Positions 35,808 through 48,322 of a stretch of DNA of 64,000 nucleotides are shown one piece after another. Both the position numbers and the translations under genes were made by a program. Each line of letters starts with the position of its first letter. Position 1 is the stretch's first letter. The notes under the pieces were generated by a model that ran no database searches, was not told the origin of the DNA, and saw only the letters and a list, made by a program, of their open reading frames with translations. The stretch is from Pseudovirgaria hyperparasitica (lineage: Eukaryota), in assembly GCA_010093815.1 (NCBI GenBank), contig ML996580.1, one strand, 5' to 3'.

Positions 35808-37448
35808 ATGATGATAAGTAGGACTCTACCCTTGTTCATAATTACTGCTGTATGTGCAGTCGCCGCATTCTTTTCAGTTGCCTTGCGATGCTACACACGT
35901 ATCCGGATCGTGAAACTCTTTGGATGGGATGATTGGTTGATGGTATTTGCCAGTGTAAGTACTACAAGACATATACTAATATAATGCTTATGTCTATGAA
36001 TAGGCTTTCTTTACATGGACGGTCGTCGATATTTTCCGTAATCCATTCTATGCTGTTGGTGGCAGTGCGCATATGTCGGATCACTCTACAGAGGATGCTC
36101 GACTAGGATACCATGTAAGAAAGGAGCACATACCTTTAATCGGTTTGTACTGATACGAAGATAGCTGTGGTGGATGAACTATATGGCGTACGGTATAACT
36201 ATGACGTTGGCCCGTCTATCAGTCGCGCTCTTCTTCCTACGCATCACTGTTTGGCGTTGGCATCACTGGATGATTTACCTCAACATATTCGGCAATGTGA
36301 CCTCGGGTTTGGTCTACCTTGGTGTCGTCATCTTTCAATGTACACCGGTGAATCATTTCTGGAATAAGGTCGATCCAACAGCCAAAGGTCGTTGCATTCC
36401 CATCGATATCTTCATCGACCTTGGCTATCTCTATGGCTCTGGTGAGTACATTCCTCTTCCAGACATTCCAGTTGTGTAACAGAACGTTACAGTCAGCGCT
36501 TTTTGTGATCTCGTCCTTGTCGCCTTGCCACTTCATCTCGTCTGGAACCTGGAAGTCTCGAGACAAACAAAGCTGGCCACTGCACCTTTACTGAGTATGG
36601 CCGGACTGTAAGTTGTTCTGTTAAAATCCTCGGGACGATTTCAATGCTGATTTGACCTCAGTTGTGGCTGTTGCCCCTTGGCCCGCATGGCATATCTTCA
36701 AAAGTTTCATGATCCCGACTTTTTCTGTAAGCATTGTCTCCGCTATGAATTGATAGTCCGCTCTTCTCATAAGTTTGCAGTCGCAACTGTCGATATTGCT
36801 ATATGGTCTACCTTTGAGCCCGGTATTGCAATCGCAGCAGCCAGTGCAGCCACCTGTAGACCTCTCCTCAAATCCCTCCTCTTGAAACTCGGTTTCAAGA
36901 GTGAACCTGGTTCTGTAAAGCGCAAAGGCTTCGTAGGATCACTGCATTCCATCGTCCTCAAGCTCGCGTTCGATGACGCGTCACTAATACGAGATACACT
37001 CGCTTCACAGGAGCATCTGCACCAGGTGGACACCGAAAGAGGCGACATAATGATGGCTCTGCGACCTGGAACTCCTTCAACCATGAACGACAAGCGGACT
37101 CACGAGTCGGATTCGGTGCGCGGGATTCCTCGCGCCGCAATCAGCATCCAAGAAGACTTCGCGATCAACGGGAAGGAGCACACGATTGATATCATCGCAG
37201 CGTCACGATCCTCATCAGCGACTGGGAAATCCTATCCTCTGCATCCTGAGCTCCAAACCTATCTCCATTCTGTCCGATCCTGGGGCGGAAATTCTCGTTC
37301 GCTCACACCGACCGAGAGTCTTCCGGAGACACCGGAGCCACCTAGTCATGAAATCCCAGATGCAAGTCTCAATGCACTGCCTCCTATTCATCATCCCTGG
37401 AGCCCAGTGCGAGGGAAAGCCTCGATACCACCGTGTCTGCCGCGCTGA
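35808..37448 (+). CDS. PTH11-like (fungal rhodopsin-domain) integral membrane protein without CFEM, 6 exons
   Basis: Exons 35808-35954, 36004-36114, 36165-36441, 36493-36607, 36662-36726, 36781-37448. Motifs 'VALRCYTRIRIVKLFGWDDWLM', 'ARLSVALFFLRI', 'FQCTPVNHFW', 'DLVLVALP', 'IWSTFEPGIAIAAAS'. Confidence 0.9.
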
Positions 37449-37758
37449 CGGTCGATTGAGTAACATCATCAACAATATAGCAGTGCGAACTCGCATGCAC
37501 AAGCTTACTAATTACGAGTCAACGCGAGGCAGTGTTAATGAGGTAAAGCTGACGCCCAACGAACCCGAAACCGAAGGATCCTTGGATGCGATCGACACCG
37601 TTACTACGCCACAACAGGTATGCCTCTGACAACACCACGAGACGCCGCAGCCCTTCACAAACTTTACCGCTCCCGTCAATATTTAGCTTTCTGCAACCCC
37701 ACATCACAGCCCGCTTTCTTGCATCTACCACGTACTCCAACTCCAAAGAAACCAAACA

Positions 37759-38781
37759 ATGAGTGTACAACTCCCAACCAAACCTCTCAACCACGGCCCA
37801 AAGCCCGTTCCAATCGTACGCCCTACCCACCACTACTCCAAAGTTACACAAAATCGCTAACCTTTGTCTCTCCCAGCTCGGCTTCGGCACCGGCACGAAA
37901 TGGTTCCTAGCCAAACAGCAAGACAACACCTTCCAGGACGGTCTCGTCAAAGTCCTGAACACGGCCATCAAGTCCGGCTTCCGCCACCTCGACTGGTCCG
38001 AGCAATACGGCACCACGGCAGAGCTGGCACGCGCAATTTCCGATGCTCTGGCATCTGGTATCCCACGGGACGAGTTGTTCATCTCGGGCAAGGTCGAGAA
38101 GAGCGTTGGCGATATCCCCGCTGCTATTGATCGACACCTCGCCGAGCTGGGGATCGAGTACTTCGATTTGTATGTCCACGTCATTTAAGCTTGAGATAGA
38201 AAGCACTGTGCTGATACACGCCCAGGTATCTGATCCACGAGCCATACACGGTTCTGAAAGAGGATCCGACCGCGATCAAGGCAGCATGGGAAGCCATGGA
38301 AGATGTCCATAGACAAGGCAAGGCACGTGCGATCGGCGTATCGAACTTCATGCGCAAGCACATTGAGCCCTTGCTCGAAGTGGCCAGCGTCAAGCCAGCC
38401 GTGAACCAGATCGAGTTCCACCCGTACCTCCAGCGCGCCGACGACTACGTGCCGTGGCTGCAGTCGCAGGGCATCGTGGTGGAGAGTTTCTTTGGACTGG
38501 TGCCGCTCACGTGGGCGAAGGGCGGGCCGTTGGATGCATTGCTGGACAGGATCGCGGGTAAGTATGGGATCGAGACGAGTGCGGTGTTGTTCCAGTGGGC
38601 GTTGGAGCAAGGGGCTGTGCCGATAACGACGACTACGAATGAGGCACGAATCACGGAGTATATGCAATTTATGAAGTTGAAGCTGTCCAAGGAGGAAGTG
38701 GAGGAGATCTCGACTGTTGGGAAGAGTCATCACTTCAGGACGTGGTGGCATGAGCATTTCGCTGCAGATGAGCGAACATAG
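37759..38781 (+). CDS. NADPH aldo-keto reductase (conjugated polyketone/alpha-keto amide reductase-like), 3 exons
   Basis: Exons 37759-37815, 37877-38169, 38226-38781. Motifs 'LGFGTGTKW', 'GFRHLDWSEQY', 'DLYLIHEP', 'GKARAIGVSNF', 'PAVNQIEFHPYLQ', 'PITTT'. Confidence 0.88.
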
Positions 38782-38872
38782 ACATAGACTTATTATTCCA
38801 CGGCATAGGAATGGACATGACTGATGATCAGAGTGTTTTTCTCATTATTGTCACTCTGGCTGGGCAGCTATC

Positions 38873-41293
38873 CTACCCTTCAGCTGCAACTTCAGCTTCG
38901 GGAGTCGGTTCAATGACGTGCTTTCTCTTCCCTTTCCTACCAACAACACGCTGATCCCGCGGATCAAAGCCCCCATTTCCCCATAGAGCCCATTCGGGCG
39001 TTGGCTGCCCAATATAATCCTCGGGACCAAACTTTCCCTTACTCTCTACCAGTTCAAAGAACCTCTTGTAGTCGATCGTCGTACACCATTGGCCGGCCCT
39101 CCTGAATCGTTCACTAGCTAGCAACACACAACAGCTATGCGCATGCTCTGCGGCGATGCCATAGCCGAGACCACGTCGTTCAAGTTCCGCGCTCAGCGCG
39201 GTGACGAAGTCAGTAACCTCAGAGTAGAAGGGTACATTCTGCATAGTGAGACCAGCCGATGAAGATGCAGAGGTTCCGCAGTAGGTGACTCCCTTGATTT
39301 CCACGAAGCCAGGGAGAGCGCGTTCCACAAGATCAGCGTAGCCAGCGACTTCCTCGTCAACGTTGAAGCCCTTGACAAGTGTGAGTCGGAACACCGTTCT
39401 TTGCTCATGTCTGCGAGCACGCAGAATATCGAGGCATGCTAGGAACCGCTCCCAGAAATCGCGGTGAAGGGGACGATCGATACGTCGGAGTGACTCGCGG
39501 TTAGACGCATCGATAGAAACGTATAATTGTGTGACAGGAACAAGTGCTGCGAGTTGTTCTGGATGTTGGGCGTTACAGACCAGAAAAGTCGAGATGCGGT
39601 GCGAATGAAGAATGGCAAGGAGCTCATTGATGTGAGGGTAGAATATGGGTTCGCCGACAAGACTCAGCGCGCAATGCCTGATGCGCATTGCTTCAGCGAA
39701 ACGCTCGGCTCTCACCCCTGGCACACCTTTCATCATCTTGATCTTCTTGTAATGTGCTGTGGTGATGCCATCGAAGATCATGTCTGGCGGGTCAGTTACC
39801 CAGCGCCATGTTGTTCCAACCGGATTCGTTCCGTGGCGCCAACAAAAGACACACTTGTTACTGCAGGAAAGTGAAGGTGTGGCCTCCATACACAGATGTG
39901 ACTGTATTCCATAGAAAGAGTATTTGTAACACGACCCGCGGCCACGAAGCGCAGATTTGGTCCAACGACAGATCTTTACACCAGAATGGGATCCAATAAT
40001 AGAATAACCTTGCTTGGTGAGAGAGGCGTACGTTGGAGAAGTTTTGGGAACCATCTCTTTGATTGTTGCGGTGAGCGCGCTTTTACGCGGCTTAGATGGC
40101 TTGTAGGTAGTGAAATCGATGGCAATTGGGCCAGTATCGGTCTCTTCTGTTTTCTGAACCAGTTTTCCCAGGTCCTCAAGATCGTCTAATCTTGTACTAG
40201 GCTTCGTTTTCCTTGCTTTCGGTTGCACAGCTACTTCAGTCTCCGCAAGTGCCTCGTCATCCTCATAGATCTCATCTTCATCCTCACTTTCAACAGGGTC
40301 TCCACTACCAGGAACCCCTTCTCCAAGACCATTCCCAGCACAGATCTCGCCCAAGGCGTCCTGGACTCCCATCCGCCATTCTTCTAGTCGAGCTATGGCA
40401 TCAGACTTGATATCTCCAAGACCAAGTGGGTATGCGCGCTTTCGACCTGTCAATTTTGCCAACCATTTGTCCACCTCCTTGGCTTGATAGCAGAATCCCT
40501 CCTCTTCCGAAGGCCAGTCTTCCTTGTCACCGAACCCGAAGACGGCATATCCCAGGAGTCCAGATAGAGGGGCAGTGTCTATGCGAAAGTCGTGGTGGGT
40601 TTCTCGTAGGTGTTCGGTAAAGTTGCTCAGGATTGTGTCTATGTCGTAGCTGGGGATAAGGATGAGATAGAAATATTTAACAGCAGGATCGTCTTTCGGT
40701 GCTGTGATGAAGTAATCATCTAGTTCTACATATGAGATGTCTAGTACTCGAGGCTCTAGAGGCGTATAATCCGACTCCGAATGCTTGATCCATGAGTCTA
40801 GCTCCTCCGTCAATTTCTTAGCTGCAACCTCTGTGGTGCCTGACAAGGAGCTGAAGAAGACAAGTGGTTGTACTTTCTGAGTCGTATGGTCAAACGTGTC
40901 AAGCGATAATTTGGCACGACTCTGAGGCTTCTGTCCGACTATCTTTCGAGGTCCAATTTTCTGTGCGACTATCTTCTGTTCCAGTGAAATTTTGTTCTGT
41001 ATGACCGAGGCTATGCTTTGTTCTGGTCGCTCTTTGAGATTTGAGGCGCCGCGAGGTTCGTCATACCAACGATATCTTGAAGTAAATAGAATAATTAAAC
41101 CACAAAATACTGATACTATGGCGAGTACGGGTATGCGATATAAATGCCAGGACACTAGTAATTCTGTGCGCGAGCGTCAATCGTGAACATATCTGCGGTG
41201 GAAGCAAGACATCTCACCTCTGGGTAGCGCTTTGAGCGCTTTGAGAATCGTATGAAACAGTCCATCTGGCGTATCTGTCAAGATCGAAGACAT
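38873..41293 (-). CDS. TYW1: tRNA wybutosine synthesis protein Tyw1 (flavodoxin plus radical SAM)
   Basis: Exons 41293-41218, 41163-38873. N-terminal TM, flavodoxin-like region, 'HSGVKICRW', 'CYKYSFYGIQSH', CxxxCxxC 'CSNKCVFC', 'ALSLVGEP', 'EHAHSCC'. Confidence 0.96.
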
Positions 41294-42578
41294 GTTGTGT
41301 GATTGTTCGCAGCACATTGCATTGAGAGGGCGAAAACATTATGCAATGTGATTGTGGGGGTGGGTCCGCAGATACGGAGCAGTTACGGAGCAGTCACCGC
41401 ACTTTCACCTGAGCAGTTCAATCTTTCCCTTTGCAAGTTCATCGCTTCAAGTATCCTATGAATCTGTACATACAGAGAACTCGATACCAAACTATCCTCG
41501 GCGGGCATCTGAATCGAAATTATGATATGTACCCAAGAGATTCGGATTATATTATGTAATCATATTTTATTGGCTCCTTGTACTTGTAAACAGCAGTCTA
41601 GACCAGTGCTTCGTCGTCGGTCCCGTGGAGCTGTCTGGCATTATATCTATCACCAGCTCATGCTGTTCCTTCACGCTAAGCGTGCCAAAATTGATCCCCC
41701 AACAGCGCAAAACGCACTCGTTTCCTCTACGCTGGCTGACTCCGAAATTAGGTACATGACAGGAGAGAATACGTTTTCTTCTGCCAGTTCTTCTACCCTG
41801 TTCATTCCTGTTCACGGAGCATGATTCCCTAACTTCATCACAGCATCCTTGCCCGGCGCATACCATTCTCTGTCGCCTCCACTGTGTCTAATATTCGACG
41901 TTGAATTATGCCGCACTCGGTTCACACAACGAATGAACTGGGAACAAAGGGCGCGACACTGTGTGCTGTTACACGAGTAACAGGCGCATATACTTGTATT
42001 CCTGGCGGGAACATATAAGTACTGATATCCGAAATCCAGTCATGCAGGAATGTCATGAATGTGAGAAACACACTTAGACTTGGCAGTATATATCAGGTTG
42101 ATCTGAGGCTGACTGGTTCCCTAGGGCAGGCATTCAAGGATTTGATTTGCTCACGCACAGAGACTGTGGCGGACTCATGCTTGGGAAGTCAGCATCGTGG
42201 CTGTAGTGTAGTTGTCTTCGATGAGAACAAAAGATCCATCCATGCTTTTGTCTGCGCTACAGGTATACGGAAGCATGAACAAGGCTACAACGGTGATACC
42301 AACCAGTGAGACTTACCCAGCCGGTATCAGAATTCAAGATTTCATGTGGGACAGACCTTTTCAAAGGCTCAAGAATGCACATAGTGGAGCATATATGCTC
42401 TGCCATATTTATCCTAACAGTATATATAGAAGGGGATTGAACTCATCAAATGAACAGTCGCTATTGCACCCCCTTTCATCGACGATCAGTTTCAAACTTC
42501 TCATCTGTCAAATCAACTTCATCACTTCGGCTCTCTCCAGTACGCCATCTTCGTTCGATCTGAGCCCGTCCAAACAGC

Positions 42579-43388
42579 ATGTCGACCACCTCCGAACAAT
42601 ACGGTACGTCCCGCCGAGAATGGCTTGTGACGAATATCAAGGACAACACTTACCGTTTACCGGTAAATGAGGATGCGCCAGAAGGGAGACCATTGCCCCT
42701 TGGTGTTCGACAAAAACACGCAACGGATCTCTTCTGTCAAAGATGGTTGGGAGATATGTCCGACAAAGCTATCTGGGACAATTTCGCGAAGTGCAATAAA
42801 GCTTTAGAGGCTCAGGCTTTAGCGAATCTGCAGTTCAGAGACATTGTCGAAGCGGTGCAAAAAGCCGACGAACAAAAGAACGAGAAATACGGGAAACCAT
42901 TGGCTCAAGTGACCGACCCGAATTTTCAGATCGAGCCCGAGTTCGAGGCATACTTCCTCACGAATGTCCGTATCGGCAAAGACACTATAATCGGAAGGAA
43001 GTGTAAATTCTACGACAACCCGTTGCAAGACTTCACTATCGGGAATAATTGCACTATCGGTGCTGAAACTATCATCCACGCCACTACTTACCAAGGTGAT
43101 GGAACTTACGTGGCCGGGTGCATCGACATTGGGGATCGAGTCTCCATTGGTACTGATTGTAGTCTATGGCCGGACCTCAAGATTGGAAGCTGGTCGACTA
43201 TTGGCGAGCAAGTCTTCATTGGGCAGGACGTCTCCATTGGCCAGGGGGTCTACATTGGCGATAAAGTGATCGTCAGGAAGAATGTCAATATCAAGAGCGA
43301 TGCGAGGATTGGCAATGGACTTACCATTGGTGCCGGTAACACGGTCTCTGGAGTCATCAAAGAGAATGTGCCAGCGGTCAAGGAATAA
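42579..43388 (+). CDS. Left-handed beta-helix (hexapeptide repeat) protein, divergent maltose/galactoside O-acetyltransferase-like
   Basis: 269-aa intronless ORF. 'IEPEF...NVRIG' entry motif and many [IV]-x-I-G hexapeptides. TATA-like 'tatatataga' near 42421. Confidence 0.8.
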   Translation: MSTTSEQYGTSRREWLVTNIKDNTYRLPVNEDAPEGRPLPLGVRQKHATDLFCQRWLGDMSDKAIWDNFAKCNKALEAQALANLQFRDIVEAVQKADEQKNEKYGKPLAQVTDPNFQIEPEFEAYFLTNVRIGKDTIIGRKCKFYDNPLQDFTIGNNCTIGAETIIHATTYQGDGTYVAGCIDIGDRVSIGTDCSLWPDLKIGSWSTIGEQVFIGQDVSIGQGVYIGDKVIVRKNVNIKSDARIGNGLTIGAGNTVSGVIKENVPAVKE

Positions 43389-45159
43389 GTACGCCACGCT
43401 GAGCCGTCAGACCAAGCAAAAAAAGAATCCCAGATCAATGGGGTTCTTTTCGATCTATCGTGGCTATCTTGCAAATGCGTCAAATTAATGTGGCTACTTT
43501 GTATGCCATTCCTTCCAGACCGGTGCTGGTTTCCTTCTGTGATGCCTTGAGTCACTCATTTATCACTCATTTACACAGTATTGTCTGCCCAAGTGCACCC
43601 AGCTAGTCCTTGCAAATAATGAAAACCTTGCGTGCATCTTTGGGGGAGTTCTTCGATGTCGATGAAGGTGATGTGATCGCTCTGCTTTTGCCGTTGACTT
43701 TGGTCGAGATCACATATTCCTAGAGAGATCTGTTGGTCTTTGGAGAACAGGTTTGTTTGTAGATTCGTGTTTTAGGAGACTGGAAGAGGATTGCACCTAG
43801 AGGTATGTGCGTCAATATTCTCACTCACAAGCTGGAGCCATTTGCTCCAAGGTGCACGAGGCGGTAAAACTCATTCCTACCACAGCTTTCCGTTATTTGC
43901 ATTGGAGTCTCAGCTTTGTAGCTCAGTTCAGGAAATGCTTGACTGCGGATGCTCTGACACCACACCAGAAAGCATACCTGATGGTTCCGGGGTATACGTT
44001 TAGCTCTTTCTAATCGGCTCAAAATCCCTTGGTCGCGATTTCGGGGATGGACTTGCGATATATGGCGTGTAGCGATAGTCAACAGTGCAGGAGGGCGTCA
44101 TCCACGACAATACAAAAGTATGACGTCATATCGACCATCAAATGAGCTCGAACAATGACCTTTTGGAGGGAGGCGAAGTTTGGAGCCAAAAAGAAACCGT
44201 TTACAGTGCTTACAGCAAACTTTTGCTTTGTTGATGTGCATCCGCCGGAGATTCATGGAAGCGAAGAAGCGCCTTTTTTCACACATCGGAACATCCTCTC
44301 GTACAAAACTTCCGCATGCGATACTCGACCCCGCAAAATATGCAACAAGTCCTGGACGTTGTTGTCATTCAGAAGTTCCCTGGCATGGCATGAAGTCGCA
44401 AGATACACAGCAACGGTCCCGGTCCCAAAGCTGCTTACCCATGGACCTTATTGTACTTAGGTTCAAGTAGAGCATTTGCATCCACATCAACATCACATTT
44501 GCGTTCCAAGAGGCTTGTAAGCCAGCAAGTCTGCAAGAACAAGGCAACGCGAACAAACATTCGTTCTACACGTGTAGTTTGGGGCTCGAAAAAGTAAATT
44601 GAGTAGAAGGGTGATGGTCGGCAAAATAAGAAGGCTGCACGCTACCGACCGGAAGCGCCTTTATCCTGTTGATCTACCGGACCCATTTCCAGTAGTAAAT
44701 AGCGCCGCGACCAATCACTACACGTGTTTCAATACACGAAGAGTCTAATATTCCTGGAAGGCGGGAGGCGATGCACGCACGGATGGGGCTACTTCCGGCC
44801 AGTGGCAGTCTGGATTTTCCCCTATCCTTGGCTTGGGCCAAAAGCATCATGCTCATCACCACGAGGCTTTTCTAAGAGTTATTACCAATTGCGTCTTAGC
44901 CCCAAGCATTGGCTACGCCCACTGGTACACAGCAGCATACATCAATCCTGGATGCATACGGCTGGACTGCTTTCCGGTGCGATCCTGCCCGTGCCATACC
45001 TACTAGACTATACCACAACAAGCAGAATGAGCACCGGCGTTGCAGTAATCCGATTGAATTTGAGTAGAATGAGCTTGTCACTTTGGATTACCGTACCTGG
45101 TCCAAGCCGTAATGGATAGGCGTGCCATTATAGCCAATGTCCCGTTCGTGTCAAGATCG

Positions 45160-45167
45160 TATATAAA
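45160..45167 (+). promoter_or_regulatory. TATA box of the Rds1-like gene
   Basis: TATATAAA approx. 120 bp upstream of ATG 45283, followed by a pyrimidine-rich leader. Confidence 0.6.
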
Positions 45168-45282
45168 CACTGACTGCCCGCCCGTACCGTTCAGTTTCCC
45201 ATCCTCAACTCAAGTCATCCAAGATCACTCCACTGTCTGTCGTTTAAGGTCACTTACTACCATCTCTAATACTTAATTCAAA

Positions 45283-46244
45283 ATGAAGACTGCATTCGCC
45301 ATCATCGCCGCTGCGGCTCTCACTGCTGCCAGCCCAGTCAAGCGTGCTGCCATCACTGACGCTGACATCCTCAACTACGCCTTGACTCTGGAGCACCTTG
45401 GTAAGTCGATCATTGAATCACACGAAAGAAATGTTGAATCTATGCTAACAATCACTTAGAGGACACCTTCTACCGCGAGGGTCTTCAGAAGTACACCGAG
45501 GCTGACTTCGCTGCCGCCGGTTTCGACTCCACCTTCTACACCAACCTCAAGGAGGTCTCCTACGATGAGGCTACTCACGTCTCCTTCCTGACCAGCGCCC
45601 TGTCCGCCGCTGGTGCCAGCCCCGTTGCTGCCTGCACATACAACTTTGGCTACGACAGCGTTGAGACCTTCGTTGCCACTGCTGGTGTCCTTGAGGGTGT
45701 TGGTGTTTCCGCCTACCTCGGTGCCGCCGCCTCCATCGTCGACAAGACTTACCTTACCGCTGCTGGGTCTGTCTTGACTGTCGAGTCTCGTCACTCCTCC
45801 TACCTTCGCGCTGCTCAAGATCAGAGCCCCTTCCCCCAGGCGTTCGATGCTCCTCTCACCTTCAACGAGGTCTACACCCTGGCAGCTCCCTTCATCGTCT
45901 CCTGCCCAGAGAGCAACGCCCCTCTCCCAGTCAAGGCCTTCCCCATGCTCGCTCTCAGCAGCACGGACGCCCTGAAGACTGGCAGCACCGTCGAGTTCAC
46001 TGCCTCAGGCTACTCAGTCACCGGCGATGTTCCTCTCTACGCTGCATGGATTGCCGTCACTGGCCCAACTTTCGCCCCCGTCACTGTCGGATCTGACGGC
46101 AAGACCTTCTCTACCACCGTCCCAGAGGGCTTCCACGGCCAAAGCTACCTCGTCCTCACCACCTGCTCTGACAAGGTCACCGACGACACCACCACCGCTG
46201 GTCCTCTCCTCGTCGAGATCACCGGCACCCAGGGCTCCCCGTAG
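45283..46244 (+). CDS. rds1: Secreted ferritin-like stress protein, Rds1 family
   Basis: Exons 45283-45400, 45460-46244. Signal peptide plus KR, then 'DADILNYALTLEHLEDTFY', 'DEATHVSFL', 'LEGVGVSAYLGAA', 'TVESRHSS'. Strong C-ending codon bias. Confidence 0.9.
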
Positions 46245-48322
46245 ATGATTCGTCATACGCGGCAGTGGACAGTTGATGGAGTGGCAAAGAACTTACTAAC
46301 TCGAATCTGATACCCTTCTTCCCCTCGTCGCGCCAGCATACATCACCAGCATTGTTGGGCGTTCAAGTGGAATGGAATTGCAAAGCTGTAGCGGCAGTAC
46401 ATTTTGGATTGTTATGCACCTGCAGTCACGCAAATATTACAACGGATTGAGATCTGTATTTACTTAATCATAATGCAAAATAACTGATCAAACAAATCGT
46501 GTACAGTCAAACTTTTGCGTGAATTATTATTAACTTGTTATGTTCATGACGCGATGTGTTCGCAATAATGATGCATCACCCGTGGACATTGAATAAGTGG
46601 AACAAGAGCCTTCTAGTCCACGGATTTCATTGCCAAGGAAGACCTGCACCGGCTTGTATGCATCACATTCGAACGACAACTGAAAACGACAATGCCCGCG
46701 CTCACAAACCCAAATCCTACGGTTCACACCTATAGCTAACAAGGTCCTAGAGCCCCTGGCTCCCAACTCTACAGCTCCACCAATCAGCACACCCAGCTGC
46801 GAACGGCCTTACTAAGCCAATAATACACCGCGAGGGGCCCCCAAACTCCTATTTGCCCAGTCTGACTTGCACACTATCGATTGTGCGTCTAACCCGCATC
46901 GGTCCACCAAACACCCGTCCAACGCCCAAGCACCAAGCGTCAACGATTGCATCACCACCCCCTTGCCTTCTTGTCCCATAGCCCACAGCATCGCCATTCC
47001 ATCACGTTATCAATTCCAGCCCGAATCCATTTACAAACAGATACCCAGTAATGAACGTCTATGATCCTTGATATAATGAGATCCTCCAGTACGCCCTCAA
47101 ACATGAACGAGGCTCGATATGGAGAAACCCGCATCGCAAACTACCGGGGAGATTGGATTAGATAACCAACGCGGGCTAGCCCGTCATGATTGCGGCTGCT
47201 AATTACTCCATGAGGCGTACAGCTTTGGGGGGAAATGAGATGATGATGCCCTTCAAATCTCACTACTGTACCATCGACACTAATAAACCAATTGCGACAG
47301 CTACGCCTCCGTAGCATAGCGCAAAATGCCTCAACATGGGACTGCCATACATCATTGCCACCGACAGAAGATCAGAAAGTGGTCGAGAATTGCCATATGG
47401 CCTGACGTCTTCCATTATCATAGCCATAGATGCTCAGGAGTCTGGGCAGCTCTGGGTGCATGGGGCAAACCGTACTTTTGAACGTGTTTTGCGGGGTTAG
47501 CCTTGCTTGAGCACCGGTTTTGTTTGTGGACTGTTGTGACTGTTGTGATTGGGGCAAAGGAGGGGAACGGGGGGGCAAAAAGGTTAAGTTCTGCGGATGC
47601 GTGGGCTGCCGGACTCGTGGGAGATTTCCAGAGATTCTCAAGACCGCAAAGCCATATAGTGGCGAATTCTGGGGCTTGTTCGATGTTGTTTTGTAAGGCG
47701 TTTCATGGGAATCTTATCTGATAGGATTTCTATGTTTGACCAGGTCGAAAATTGTAAACAAACACGTCCTTAGAAAACGGCATCGACAGTCTTTGGTGCG
47801 CAAGATTCAACACGCACGCTCATACATAGACATACATAGACACATAAGGGGCAGAAACCCTGTGACAAGTATTCTCCGCACGGCAATTCAGACTCCGTAA
47901 TGTGGATACTCATCTCGACAGTGGAGGATCTCTGCCGCCCAGACTCGTAGAGCGGAACTATTGGGAGATTAGATTGATAAGATTGATCTCGTTTTCTAGG
48001 CATGCTGGGCACCAGAGATGATGACTCGGTGATGAGGAGCATATGTTGGAGGCGTGAGCTAAAAGTATTTGTGATGGTAATACGCTTGCGCAGTCCAGCG
48101 GAGCCTAGTTTGGTAGTTTCCTAGTCAGGTACCGAGTAATTAGGTCGATCATCTTCGCAGGCACGTGCTTTGAATCTCAAGTTTCATTTGGGAAACGTGC
48201 TATCAGGAGATCAGTAGATCGCGATATCTGGTCAAAGACGCTTAGCTAGGTACGGTGACCGTTCCTATTCTATTTTTCTTTTACCGCATGTAATTGTATA
48301 CTCTACTAAGTTCTATCAATAC

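Noticed and set aside
41373..41394. Direct repeat TACGGAGCAGT x2 upstream of TYW1
   Set aside because: Only two short copies; not an array, and no element lies between them to make it a target-site duplication.
24762..46244. Possible secondary-metabolite gene cluster (reductases, transporter, acetyltransferase-like protein, radical SAM enzyme)
   Set aside because: No backbone enzyme (PKS, NRPS, terpene synthase) or cluster transcription factor, and the radical SAM gene is housekeeping TYW1.
46300..48300. 2-kb spacer between convergent rds1 and QNS1 with short ORFs
   Set aside because: No supportable coding or RNA gene signal.
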